A stretch of 64,000 bases of DNA, taken from assembly GCA_023511995.1 (NCBI GenBank), contig JAIMAL010000003.1:11491-75490 (forward strand), written 5' to 3'. The DNA comes from Burkholderiales bacterium (lineage in GTDB: Bacteria > Pseudomonadota > Gammaproteobacteria > Burkholderiales > Thiobacteraceae). Position numbers and translations under genes: made by a program. Shown one piece after another: positions 8,860 through 17,730 of the stretch (position 1 is its first letter; every line of letters starts with the position of its first letter). Under the pieces are notes generated by a model. The model was not told the origin of the DNA, searched no databases, and was given only the letters and a program-made list of their open reading frames with translations.

Positions 8860-9726
8860 ATGGATATTTTGCGTCGGGCTTTGCTCGCCATCCTGTTTGT
8901 GGCCAGCACGGGGGCCGTCGCCGCCGGGCAGGAGGAGACCACCCTGACCACCCAGGCGGCGCGCCTTGACAGCGAAGGGGCGCGGCAGCCAGCCCAGGTG
9001 ACGAGCCGGTTCGCGGCGGATTTCGCCGCTTTTGCTGGCTCCCAGGAAAATGCGGAGGCCCTCATCACTGGCCTGCGCACGGGCTCACCCATCACCCTGA
9101 CCAGTGTGTCGCCCGCGGGCACGGTGACCAGCACCACCATCACCCCGCCCACCCGGCCCATGGGCTACGGCAACACCTACATCAGTCTCAGTCTGGCCAA
9201 GGCCCAGCTCGCCCAATACGGCATCAGCGAGCCCACGCCGGAGCAGTTGCAGGCGGCGCTCACCGGTGGCAGCTTCACCGTCACCACGGTGGCGGCGGAT
9301 GGCACGGTGAGCAGCCGCACCGTCACCCTGCAGGGCATCCTCACCCAGCGCGCCGCCGGCATGGGCTGGGGGGAGATTGCCAAGGCCAATGGTTTCCGGC
9401 TGGGTGAAGTGATCAGCAGCATGAAGGCGGCGGCCCCGGCGCAGGCGAGCGGGTCGGTCACTGCGCCTGCGGGCAGCAAATTTGGCGAGACGGCGGCGAA
9501 ATCCGCCTCCGGTCAGGGTTCTGGGCGGGGCATCACCACTGCCCTGAGCGGTGGCGGCGTGGTGTATGGAAAGAGCGTCCGAGCCGAAGGCAACGGGAGG
9601 GGGACGGTGCAGGTGGGCGCAGGCCAGGGCGGTGGGCAGGGCGCGGCCCGGGTGACGGCGGTGACGACAGGGGCGGGCGCACCGGGCAACAGCGCCAATG
9701 CGCCCGGCCACACCAAGGCGCGCTGA
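8860..9726 (+). CDS. Secreted hypothetical protein with an internal duplication and a Gly-rich tail
   Basis: 288-aa ORF with GAGGAGG RBS and signal peptide (ILFVASTGAVAA). Two ~60-aa repeats share LxTG..GSxxTxTxVxxxGTVxSxTxT...MG(Y/W)G. C-terminal G/A/Q-rich low-complexity region. I do not recognise the family. Confidence 0.6.
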   Translation: MDILRRALLAILFVASTGAVAAGQEETTLTTQAARLDSEGARQPAQVTSRFAADFAAFAGSQENAEALITGLRTGSPITLTSVSPAGTVTSTTITPPTRPMGYGNTYISLSLAKAQLAQYGISEPTPEQLQAALTGGSFTVTTVAADGTVSSRTVTLQGILTQRAAGMGWGEIAKANGFRLGEVISSMKAAAPAQASGSVTAPAGSKFGETAAKSASGQGSGRGITTALSGGGVVYGKSVRAEGNGRGTVQVGAGQGGGQGAARVTAVTTGAGAPGNSANAPGHTKAR

Positions 9727-9759
9727 AGGCTGGAGTTGTCGGTCCGCCTGCTGCGCGGG

Positions 9760-9783
9760 AAAAGGCGGCGCTTTGCGCCTTTC
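9760..9783. terminator. Weak bidirectional hairpin between convergent genes
   Basis: GGCGC-TTT-GCGCC (9767-9779), flanked by an A-run on one side and a T-run on the other. It lies between the stop at 9724-9726 (+) and the stop at 9786-9788 (-). Confidence 0.35.
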
Positions 9784-9785
9784 CG

Positions 9786-11174
9786 TCAATCGTCGATGCG
9801 GCCGTCGCGGGCGGCCTGCAACACCAGGGCGTCGAATTCCTCTGCGCTCATGATGCCGTGGCTTGCCACGATCTCCCGCACGGGGCGGCCCGTTCTTTCC
9901 GATTCCTTGGCGATTTCCGCCGCCTTCATGTAACCGATGCGCGGATTGAGGAGGGTGGCGAGCCCCACGCTTGCGTGAATGAAGGCATAGCAGCGCTCCC
10001 GGTTCACCTTGAGGCCCTTCAGGTTCTTTTCGGTGGCGGCACGGATGGCGTGGGTGAGCCAGTCCATGGCGTCGAACAGAGCCGAGCCCAGGGCCGGCAT
10101 CATCACGTTGAGCTCGAGCTGACCGGCCTGGGTCATCCAGGCCACGGCCGCATCCTGCCCCAGCACCTGGTAGCAGACCTGGTTGAGCATCTCGAACATG
10201 ACCGGGTTCACCTTGCCCGGCATGATGCTGGAGCCGGGCTGCACCGGCGGTAGGGTGATCTCTCCCAGGCCGGTGCGGGGTCCAGAAGCAAGCAGGCGGA
10301 TGTCGTTGCTGATGCGGGTGAGCTCCAGGGCCAACCCCCGCAGGGCGGCAGACAGTCGCTGCAGGTCATACATGGACTGCATCTGGGCGGTGAGATGGGA
10401 GCTCACGATGGGTTCGCCGGTGAGGCGGGCGAGCTCCTCCGCCACCCGCTGTGGATAACCCGGGGCGGTGTTGAGCCCGGTGCCCGCCGCCGAGCCGCCG
10501 AGACCGATTTCACACAGCCGCGGCCGCACCGCCGCAAGCTCGTCCATGATGCGCCGCAGGGTCCAGCCGTAGGCGGCGAATTCCCGCCCCACGGTGGTGG
10601 GCACCGCATCCTGCAGGTGGGTGCGGGCGCTTTTCACCGTGTCCCTTTCCTCGTGGCCGATGCGCTCGAATTCCGCCGCCATGGCGCCGACCGCTTCCAG
10701 CAGGCGGGGCAGTTTCATCAGGCAGGCCAGGCGGATGGCGGTGGGGATGGTGTCGTTGGTGCTTTGCCCCATGTTCACGTGATCGTTGGGATGGATGGGC
10801 TTGTATTCGCCCTTCCTGCCGCCCAGGGCCACATTGGCCAGATTGGCGATCACTTCGTTGGTATTCATGTTGTGGCTGGTGCCGGCACCCGCCTGGAAGC
10901 GGTCCACCACGAACTGATCCAGGAATTCACCGGCGAGGATGCGCTCGCAGGCGGCGACGATGGCATCCCGGCGGGTGGCATCGAGCCAGCCCGGCTGGCA
11001 GTTGGCGCGGGCCGCCGCGAGTTTGATGAGCACATGGGCCTTGATAAAATCCACGTCCGGCCGGCGTCCCGAGATGGGGAAGTTCTCCACGGCGCGCGCC
11101 GTCTGGATGCCATACCAGGCCTCGGCGGGAACTTTGAACTCGCCCAGCGAGTCTTTTTCAATGCGGTATTCCAT
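9786..11174 (-). CDS. aspA: Aspartate ammonia-lyase (class II fumarase/aspartase family)
   Basis: 462 aa with the GSSIMPGKVNP signature. QAGAGTSHNMNTNEV and MGQSTNDTIPT look closer to AspA than to FumC (FumC has TGSGTQSNMN). The AspA-versus-FumC choice is not certain. Confidence 0.75.
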   Translation of the reverse strand: MEYRIEKDSLGEFKVPAEAWYGIQTARAVENFPISGRRPDVDFIKAHVLIKLAAARANCQPGWLDATRRDAIVAACERILAGEFLDQFVVDRFQAGAGTSHNMNTNEVIANLANVALGGRKGEYKPIHPNDHVNMGQSTNDTIPTAIRLACLMKLPRLLEAVGAMAAEFERIGHEERDTVKSARTHLQDAVPTTVGREFAAYGWTLRRIMDELAAVRPRLCEIGLGGSAAGTGLNTAPGYPQRVAEELARLTGEPIVSSHLTAQMQSMYDLQRLSAALRGLALELTRISNDIRLLASGPRTGLGEITLPPVQPGSSIMPGKVNPVMFEMLNQVCYQVLGQDAAVAWMTQAGQLELNVMMPALGSALFDAMDWLTHAIRAATEKNLKGLKVNRERCYAFIHASVGLATLLNPRIGYMKAAEIAKESERTGRPVREIVASHGIMSAEEFDALVLQAARDGRIDD

Positions 11175-11222
11175 GGCAGTGGGTCTTTAGGACGAAAACC
11201 GACATTTTACGGGAGCCAGACG

Positions 11223-11696
11223 GTGTTGCGACGGGTGGTGGGGCGTGTTCTGGTTTTGTTTCTGCTGGGCCTGTTTTCCGCGGCCGCGGCGGCCTTCACC
11301 CTCACTGACACCCAGGGCCGGGTGCATCGGCTCACCGATTACCGGGGCAAATGGGTGCTGGTGAATTTCTGGGCCACCTGGTGCCCGCCCTGTCTCGAGG
11401 AAATGCCGGAGCTGCAGAAACTCCACGAGACGCGCAAGGACCTGGTGGTCATCGGCATCGCCATGGACTGGCGCGATCCAGAGTACGTGAAGAAGTTTGC
11501 CGAGGATCTTTTCGTCACTTTCCCCATCGTGCTGGGGGATGCGCGCATCGCCGCGCAAATCGGCCCGCTCAGGGGCCTGCCCACCACCTATCTCTTCGAT
11601 CCCCGGGGGCAGCTTGCCGCCTACAACGTGGGTGCGTTGACGCAGGCTGAAGTGGAACGCTACATTGCGCAAAACACCAAACCCGGAAAAAAGTAA
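11223..11696 (+). CDS. TlpA/ResA-family periplasmic thiol:disulfide oxidoreductase (membrane-anchored)
   Basis: Only the C-terminal 157 codons of track ORF 10395..11696 are credible, because the upstream part is antisense to aspA. GTG at 11223 sits 7 nt after GGGAG. N-terminal TM segment and WATWCPPC active site. Confidence 0.75.
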   Translation: MLRRVVGRVLVLFLLGLFSAAAAAFTLTDTQGRVHRLTDYRGKWVLVNFWATWCPPCLEEMPELQKLHETRKDLVVIGIAMDWRDPEYVKKFAEDLFVTFPIVLGDARIAAQIGPLRGLPTTYLFDPRGQLAAYNVGALTQAEVERYIAQNTKPGKK

Positions 11697-11712
11697 AAGG
11701 CTGGAGGAGGTC

Positions 11713-12228
11713 ATGTTACGCGCCTTGCTGGCTGCCATCCTCATGCTGGCAAGCCTCACCGTCGCTGCCGAGAAGCGGGACGTCAACCAGTATTTCTTCG
11801 ACCAGAAGATCGGTGATTTCAAGGCGGAGCTTGCCACCGCCAAGGCCCAGGGGAAGAAGGGCATTCTGCTCATGTTCGAGCAGGAGGACTGCCCCTGGTG
11901 TCACCGGATGAAGGACACCATCCTCAACCAATCCGAGGTGCAGGATTATTTCAAGCAGCACTTCCTCATCTTCCCCATCGACATCAAGAACGAACTCACG
12001 ATGGTGGATTTCAAGGGCAGGGAGACCACGGAAAAAGCCTTTGCCGCGGAAAACCGGGTGCGGGCGACCCCCGTTTTCCTCTTCTTCGATCTGGAGGGCA
12101 ATCCCGTTTACCGCTTCACCGGGGTGGCGAAGGATGCCCGCGAGTTTCTTCTTCTTGGCCGCTATGTGGTGGAGGGGACGTACAAGAGCGTGCCCTTCAA
12201 CGTCTATAAAGCCCAGGCTGCGCAGTGA
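11713..12228 (+). CDS. Periplasmic thioredoxin-fold protein (CPWC)
   Basis: Track ORF trimmed to MLRALLAAILMLASLTVAA (ATG 11713), preceded by GGAGGAGG. Signal peptide and a CPWC redox motif. Confidence 0.7.
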   Translation: MLRALLAAILMLASLTVAAEKRDVNQYFFDQKIGDFKAELATAKAQGKKGILLMFEQEDCPWCHRMKDTILNQSEVQDYFKQHFLIFPIDIKNELTMVDFKGRETTEKAFAAENRVRATPVFLFFDLEGNPVYRFTGVAKDAREFLLLGRYVVEGTYKSVPFNVYKAQAAQ

Positions 12229-13526
12229 GTGCCATGCGCGCGCTGCCGGCGCTGCTCATCTTCTTCGCAAGCTCCGTGGCCTGCGCGGCGAATGGGGTGC
12301 TCACCCTGGCCGAGGCCCTGCGGGCCGCGGATGAACCCCATCCCGATGTGGAAGCGGCCCAGGCGGAGCGGGCGCTGGCCCTGGCCGACCTCGAGCTCAC
12401 CACGGCGCGCACGGACCTGACGCTGAATCTGGAAGCGCGCCTGCAGCGGGTGCGCCCCGCCCTGCGTCCTTCGGATACGGATTTCATCTCCGACAACAGC
12501 GTGCGGCTTTTCGCGCGCAAGAACCTGTGGGATTTCGGCCGCAGCCAACGCGCCGAGGAGGCGGCCAGACTCGTCCTGGATGCCCGCGAAAAAAGTCTCC
12601 TCGACGTGCGGGACCAGCGCCGGCTTACGATCATGGCGCGTTATTTCGACGTGCTTCTGGCTGATCTGCGCTACACCGTGGACAACGAGTATCTCGCCGT
12701 CGCCTATGTGGCGTTCGATCAGGCGCGGGACCGGGCGGAACAAAAGCTCCTCTCCGGTGTGGATGTGGCCGAACTGGAGGCCCGCTCCCAGGAATGGCTG
12801 GTGCGCCGCTATGAAAGCGAAAAGCTTCAGCGTCTGACGCGGGCGCTGCTTGCCGATGCCATGAACCGGCCGGGGCAGCTTCCCAGCGAGCTGGAGGACC
12901 CGGTCCTCGCCGACAATGACCGGCCGCTGCCCGACTACGAGGTGCTGCTGGCCGCCATGCTGGAGAACAATCCGCGGCTCAAGGCCCAGCAGCAGTTGCT
13001 TGCCGCCTCCCAGCAGCGCCTCGAGGCCATTCGCGCCGAGCGCAACCCGCGCCTGGATGCGGAGCTGGAAGTCGCCGATTACGCCCAGCGGCCCCTCTCC
13101 GGGCGGGATCAGGCCCGCGCCGGTGTGATCTTCACCTGGCCGCTTTATCAGGGACGCACTGTCTCGGCTTCGCTGGCGCGGGAACAGGCCCAGTTCCAGA
13201 AACTGCAGGCGGAAACCGAACGCCTGAAGCGGGAGCTTGCTCAGGCCCTGCTTTCCGCCTGGCTGGACGCGGACCACCTGCGTCGCATCGGGCGCCGTGC
13301 GGCCAAGGTGGAAATGGATTACCGCGACCTCGCCCTGGAGCGGGCGCGGGGCCAATATGAGATGGAGTACCGCACCAACCTGGGCGATTCCATGGCCAAG
13401 ACCATGGAGGCGAAGCTTGCCGCCCGCAGCGTGGAATACCGCCTGGCCCTCGCCCTGGCGCGCATCGAGGCGCTGGTGGGGCGTCCCCTTTCCCAGTTGG
13501 CGCAAGGCAAAGGAGCACAACCGTGA
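12225..13526 (+). CDS. TolC-family outer-membrane factor
   Basis: 433 aa. The GTG start overlaps the preceding stop (GTGA at 12225-12228); ATG 12234 is an alternative start. Signal peptide, OMF-type N-terminus LTLAEALRAADEPHPDVEAAQ and two coiled-coil repeats. Confidence 0.75.
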   Translation: MSAMRALPALLIFFASSVACAANGVLTLAEALRAADEPHPDVEAAQAERALALADLELTTARTDLTLNLEARLQRVRPALRPSDTDFISDNSVRLFARKNLWDFGRSQRAEEAARLVLDAREKSLLDVRDQRRLTIMARYFDVLLADLRYTVDNEYLAVAYVAFDQARDRAEQKLLSGVDVAELEARSQEWLVRRYESEKLQRLTRALLADAMNRPGQLPSELEDPVLADNDRPLPDYEVLLAAMLENNPRLKAQQQLLAASQQRLEAIRAERNPRLDAELEVADYAQRPLSGRDQARAGVIFTWPLYQGRTVSASLAREQAQFQKLQAETERLKRELAQALLSAWLDADHLRRIGRRAAKVEMDYRDLALERARGQYEMEYRTNLGDSMAKTMEAKLAARSVEYRLALALARIEALVGRPLSQLAQGKGAQP

Positions 13527-14272
13527 TCAAGCATTTCGTCTGGTTTGCAGCCTGGATGGCAACCCCCGTCCTCGCCGCGGAGGTGGCCGCCACCCTGCAA
13601 TGGTCCCAGCGCGTGGAACTGGGGGCGGCCGCCTCGGGCATCGTGCAGAACGTGACGGTGCAGGCGGGTGACCGCGTGCGCAAGGGGCAGAGCCTCCTGA
13701 GCCTCGATGCCAGCGCCTTCGCCGCCCAGGTGGCCGAGGCGCAGGCCGCCCTGGCCCAGGCGGAGGAGGAAGAAAAGGATGCCAAGCGCAACCTGGACCG
13801 GGTGCAGGAACTCTACAACCGCACGGTGATCGCCGCCACCGAACTGGAAGCGGCGCAATTGCGCCACAGCCGCGCCAAGGCGCAGCGCGACGCCGCCCGG
13901 GCGCGGCTTGCGGCGGCGCAGAAACAATTGCGCGATGCCTCGGTGCGCGCGCCCTTCGATGGCGTGGTGCTGGCCCGGCTGGTGGAACCCGGTCAGGTGG
14001 TGGCCAGCGCCCTCAAACCAGAGCCCCTCATCGTCCTTGCCCGCGCCGGCGAAATGGTGGCGCGGGGAACGGTGGGACTGTCCCGGCTGCGCCAGCTTGC
14101 CACCGGTCAGAAAGTGGAAGTGGAGGTGGAAGGCCGGCGCTATGCGGGCCGTATCCGCGCCCTGGGCCTGGAACCCGACGGGGGGAAGGGTGAGTATCCC
14201 ATCGAGGTCGTCTTCCCGGTGAAGGAGACGCTGCGCGCGGGGCTTCCCGCGGTCATCCATCTGCCGGAGTAG
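13523..14272 (+). CDS. Short HlyD/RND-adaptor-like periplasmic protein
   Basis: 249 aa. The GTG start overlaps the TolC-like stop (GTGA at 13523-13526). Cleavable-looking signal peptide, lipoyl-like motif (VQAGDRVRKGQSLLSLD), coiled-coil hairpin and APFDGVV beta-barrel motif. Confidence 0.7.
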   Translation: MIKHFVWFAAWMATPVLAAEVAATLQWSQRVELGAAASGIVQNVTVQAGDRVRKGQSLLSLDASAFAAQVAEAQAALAQAEEEEKDAKRNLDRVQELYNRTVIAATELEAAQLRHSRAKAQRDAARARLAAAQKQLRDASVRAPFDGVVLARLVEPGQVVASALKPEPLIVLARAGEMVARGTVGLSRLRQLATGQKVEVEVEGRRYAGRIRALGLEPDGGKGEYPIEVVFPVKETLRAGLPAVIHLPE

Positions 14273-14317
14273 TCACGCTCAGGGCAGTGATTTCGGCAAG
14301 GAACGACAGACGCCGCT

Positions 14318-14962
14318 TCAGCCGGAATGTTGGGCGGTGTTCTGCCCGGCCGTGCGCGGGTTGTCGGTGTAGTGCCACGCCCAGCGCGTCTTCCATGCCG
14401 CCAGCACCATGTTGGGATATTCCGCCTGCCCTAGGCTGCCGTTGTAGCGGCCGAGGGCGCGGAAGAGGTTGCCATTTTCCATGTCCAGGTAATGGCGCAG
14501 GATGGTACAGCCATAGCGCAGATTGGTGCGCAGATGGAAGAGGTTATGTTCGGGGGTGCCGATGAGTTTCACCCAGAAGGGCATGACCTGCATGTAACCC
14601 CGGGCCGAGGCGGAGGAGATGGCATATTTGCGGAAGCCGCTTTCCACCTCGATGAGGCCAAGCACCAGCTGCGGGTCGAGGCCGGCGCGGGTGGCCTCGT
14701 AGTGCACGGTGACGAGGAAATCCCGTCGCTCCTGGGGATCGGGCATGAAGCGCTTCAATCGCTCCGACATGGCGGCAAGCCAGGCCTCCGCTTCCCGCGG
14801 ATTGGTGGTGACGACGCGCGGCGCGGCGGTATCCGCCACGCTTTTCGACAACGCTGCGCGCACGCTGGCGGACAGTTCCTCGTAAACCTGCGCGCCCGCC
14901 CAGGCCGCCAGTGGCAGGCCGCTTACGAGGCCGAAGCAGAGGTGCACGATGAGCTTCTTCAT
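14318..14962 (-). CDS. Lytic transglycosylase (SLT domain) protein
   Basis: 214 aa with a signal peptide and an SLT catalytic region (IEVESGF...GYMQVM). Confidence 0.8.
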   Translation of the reverse strand: MKKLIVHLCFGLVSGLPLAAWAGAQVYEELSASVRAALSKSVADTAAPRVVTTNPREAEAWLAAMSERLKRFMPDPQERRDFLVTVHYEATRAGLDPQLVLGLIEVESGFRKYAISSASARGYMQVMPFWVKLIGTPEHNLFHLRTNLRYGCTILRHYLDMENGNLFRALGRYNGSLGQAEYPNMVLAAWKTRWAWHYTDNPRTAGQNTAQHSG

Positions 14963-16671
14963 GGCTTGAGCGGAATTTCCCTGAGCAAAAACTCCACGGC
15001 GCCCTCGAGGGGAAGAATGCGGGCCTCTTTGTCCCGGCGGGCCTGGTACTCGATCTTCCCCTCCTTGAGGTTGCGCTCCCCCACCACGATGCGGTGGGGG
15101 ACGCCGATGAGCTCCATATCAGCAAACATCACGCCAGGTCGCTCATCCCTATCATCCAAAAGGACTTCCAGCCCGCCCAGGGTGAGGGCACTGTAAAGTT
15201 TTTCGACAGTTTCGCGCACGACTTGAGACTTGGAAAGCCCGATGGGGACGATGGCGAGGTCGAAGGGGGCCATGGCGCGGGGGAAGATGATGCCCCGCTC
15301 GTCGTGGTTCTGTTCGATGGCGGCACCGACGATGCGCGACACCCCGATGCCATAGCAGCCCATTTCCATGAACCGGCTTTTGCCTTCCTCGTCGAGGAAG
15401 GTGGCATTCATGGCCTCGGAGTACTTGGTGCGCAGCTGGAAAATGTGGCCCACCTCGATGCCGCGGCAGATTTCCAGCGGACCCTTGCCATCCGGGCTGG
15501 GATCGCCGGCGACCACGTTGCGGATGTCGGCCACCCGGGGTTCCGGCAGATCGCGGCCGAAATTGACGCCCACGAGATGAAAGCCGTCCTCGTTGGCGCC
15601 GCAGACGAAATCCGCCATCACCGCCACCGAGCGGTCGGCGATCACCGGCAGTCCCAGCCCCACCGGGCCCAGGGAGCCTGTGCCACAGCCCACGGCCTCA
15701 CGGATGCGCGCTTCCGTGGCAAAACCTTTGAGCCTGCCCACCTCCGGCAGCTTACCCACCTTCACCTCGTTGAGCTCGTGATCGCCGCGCACAAGCAGGG
15801 CGAGCAGCCCCTGCTCGCCTTCCACGATGAGGGTCTTGACCACCTGCTGCGGCTCGACCTTGAGTAGGGCGCACACTTCGGCGATGCTGTGGGCGCCGGG
15901 GGTGGCCACCTTTTCCATGGGCCGCCCGGGTGCCGGACGGCTTGTTGCGGGCGGCAGCGCTTCCGCCAGTTCCACATTGGCGGCGTAGTCGGAATTGGGA
16001 CAGAAGGCGATGGCGTCTTCGCCGGAATCGGCGAGGACATGGAATTCGTGGGAACCGGTGCCGCCGATGGCGCCGGTGTCCGCCGCCACGACGCGGAACC
16101 TCAAGCCCAGCCGTTCGAAAATCCGCGTGTAGGTGTCATACATCACGCGATAGGTCGCTTCCAGGCTGGCCAGATCGGCGTGGAAGGAATAGGCATCCTT
16201 CATGACGAATTCCCGCGCCCGCATGACGCCGAAGCGCGGCCGGATTTCATCGCGGAACTTGGTCTGAATCTGATAGAAGTTCACGGGCAGTTGCCGGTAG
16301 CTGCGGATTTCACGCCGCGCGAGGTCGGTGATCACCTCCTCGTGGGTGGGGCCGAAGCAATAGTCGCGCTGGTGCCGGTCCTTGATTTTGAGCATCTGCG
16401 GGCCGAACTGCTCCCAACGCCCCGTCTCCTGCCACAGCTCCGCGGGTTGGACGGCGGGCATCAGCAGTTCGATGGCGCCGGCCTTGTTCATCTCCTCGCG
16501 CACGATGGCTTCTACCTTGCGCAAAACACGCAGCCCCAGGGGCATCCAGGTGTACAGGCCACTGCCGAGCCGCCGGATCAGCCCGGCACGCAGCATGAGT
16601 TTGTGGGAGACGAGCTCGGCTTCCGCCGGCGCTTCCTTCAGGGTGGAAAGAAAAAACTGGCTGACGCGCAT
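14959..16671 (-). CDS. proS: Proline--tRNA ligase
   Basis: Track ORF 14959..16812 trimmed to [15 protein letters not shown] (ATG = complement of 16669-16671). Class II aaRS motifs, ProS-like throughout. Its stop overlaps the SLT gene start. Confidence 0.95.
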   Translation of the reverse strand: MRVSQFFLSTLKEAPAEAELVSHKLMLRAGLIRRLGSGLYTWMPLGLRVLRKVEAIVREEMNKAGAIELLMPAVQPAELWQETGRWEQFGPQMLKIKDRHQRDYCFGPTHEEVITDLARREIRSYRQLPVNFYQIQTKFRDEIRPRFGVMRAREFVMKDAYSFHADLASLEATYRVMYDTYTRIFERLGLRFRVVAADTGAIGGTGSHEFHVLADSGEDAIAFCPNSDYAANVELAEALPPATSRPAPGRPMEKVATPGAHSIAEVCALLKVEPQQVVKTLIVEGEQGLLALLVRGDHELNEVKVGKLPEVGRLKGFATEARIREAVGCGTGSLGPVGLGLPVIADRSVAVMADFVCGANEDGFHLVGVNFGRDLPEPRVADIRNVVAGDPSPDGKGPLEICRGIEVGHIFQLRTKYSEAMNATFLDEEGKSRFMEMGCYGIGVSRIVGAAIEQNHDERGIIFPRAMAPFDLAIVPIGLSKSQVVRETVEKLYSALTLGGLEVLLDDRDERPGVMFADMELIGVPHRIVVGERNLKEGKIEYQARRDKEARILPLEGAVEFLLREIPLKP

Positions 16672-16702
16672 CGTCCGTTGCCGAAGACAAAAAGGGGTTG
16701 CC

Positions 16703-16708
16703 ATTATA
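16703..16708 (-). promoter_or_regulatory. Candidate -10 element for proS
   Basis: Perfect TATAAT on the minus strand (plus-strand attata), 32 nt upstream of the proS ATG in otherwise GC-rich DNA. I saw no convincing -35. Confidence 0.3.
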
Positions 16709-16810
16709 CGACCGATGCGTGGCGCTTGGGGCGGATGCCCGATCCGCGCCTGATCCTTTCCTGGCGCCTTCCGCCTGAGCGCCAGGGCGGGCTGTGGTAT
16801 AAAAGGCGCC

Positions 16811-17599
16811 ATGGGTTACTTCGCCAGATGGCGCCTCAAGCGGGAGGAACAGAAAAAAGGCCGGGTGCAGGTCAGCGAGAAAAACGGTGTGCGCACCCTG
16901 CACCTAGGCAATGACACGGTGCAGTCCGCCATGCGCCTCACCGACCCCTACCGGCTGGAGCTTGCCTACACGCGGGCGATGCTGGCGTGTCTCCTCTTCC
17001 ATCCGGACCCGCGCCGCTTTCTGATGATTGGCCTGGGCGGCGGCTCCCTTCCCAAATGGGTGTGGAAACATCTGCCAGGGGCGCAGACGACGGTGGTGGA
17101 GATCGATCCCGAAGTGGTGCAGGCCGCCCGCCAGTTCTTCCATCTTCCCGCCGACGATGGGCGCCTTGCCGTGCGCATCGACGATGGCGCCCGTTTTGTC
17201 GCCAACTCGGTGCAGCAGTGGGATGTGGTGATGGTGGATGGCTACGACGAACACTGCCAGGTTAAGGCACTCACCACGCCGGAGTTCTACCGCCACTGCC
17301 GGGCGCGGCTTGCGCCGGGGGGCATCCTGGTGGTCAATCTGTGGAGTTCAGACGGCCAGTTCAATACCCAGGTGGCGCGCCTTTTCGATGCCTTCGATGG
17401 ACTCACCCTGCTACTTCCCGCCGGCAGCCACAGCAATGTCATCGCCTTCGGCTTCGCCACCAGCCCCAACAACCCCACCTGGGACGCGCTGCGGGAGCGG
17501 GCGCTTGCCCTCTCTCGCAGCCACGACATGGACTTCGTGACCTGGGTGGACGGTCTGCGCCGCCTCAACCTGCACAATCACCGGCGGCTTTTCATCTAG
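16811..17599 (+). CDS. Spermidine-synthase-like SAM-dependent transferase
   Basis: 262 aa with a Rossmann-type MIGLGGGS motif and VEIDPEVV...VMVDGYD, typical of spermidine-synthase-like proteins. Confidence 0.65.
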   Translation: MGYFARWRLKREEQKKGRVQVSEKNGVRTLHLGNDTVQSAMRLTDPYRLELAYTRAMLACLLFHPDPRRFLMIGLGGGSLPKWVWKHLPGAQTTVVEIDPEVVQAARQFFHLPADDGRLAVRIDDGARFVANSVQQWDVVMVDGYDEHCQVKALTTPEFYRHCRARLAPGGILVVNLWSSDGQFNTQVARLFDAFDGLTLLLPAGSHSNVIAFGFATSPNNPTWDALRERALALSRSHDMDFVTWVDGLRRLNLHNHRRLFI

Positions 17600-17629
17600 C
17601 CGCTCTTGCCCGGGAAGGCAGAGGCGCGT

Positions 17630-17673
17630 CTTAAGGCCGTTTTAAGCCGCTTACAACACGCCCACGTTAGAAT
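17630..17673 (+). promoter_or_regulatory. PmrA/BasR-box-like direct repeat plus a -10 element upstream of czcB
   Basis: CTTAAG(17630-35)-gccgt-TTTAAG(17641-46), then TAGAAT at 17668-73. There is no good -35, as expected for an activator-dependent promoter. Confidence 0.4.
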
Positions 17674-17730
17674 GCGCGCGCAGACTGGTTGCCTGCCCGC
17701 CGTTTCCGGCGGCGGGGTGAAGGAGTGTCC

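Noticed and set aside
10395-11222. N-terminal 276 codons of the 433-aa track ORF that ends in the TlpA-like domain
   Set aside because: This part is antisense to aspA and has no recognisable domain. A GTG with a GGGAG RBS at 11223 gives a normal-sized anchored thioredoxin. I applied the same trimming logic to track ORFs 49099.., 53632.., 36993.., 42485.., 21362.. and 14959..16812.
17680-17687. Shared 8-mer GCAGACTG in the czc leader (17680-87) and the DUF1924 leader (complement of 30232-39)
   Set aside because: The 8-mer lies at different distances from the boxes in the two leaders. A single shared 8-mer between two ~100-nt regions is plausibly chance. In the DUF1924 leader it is simply the 5' arm of the hairpin.
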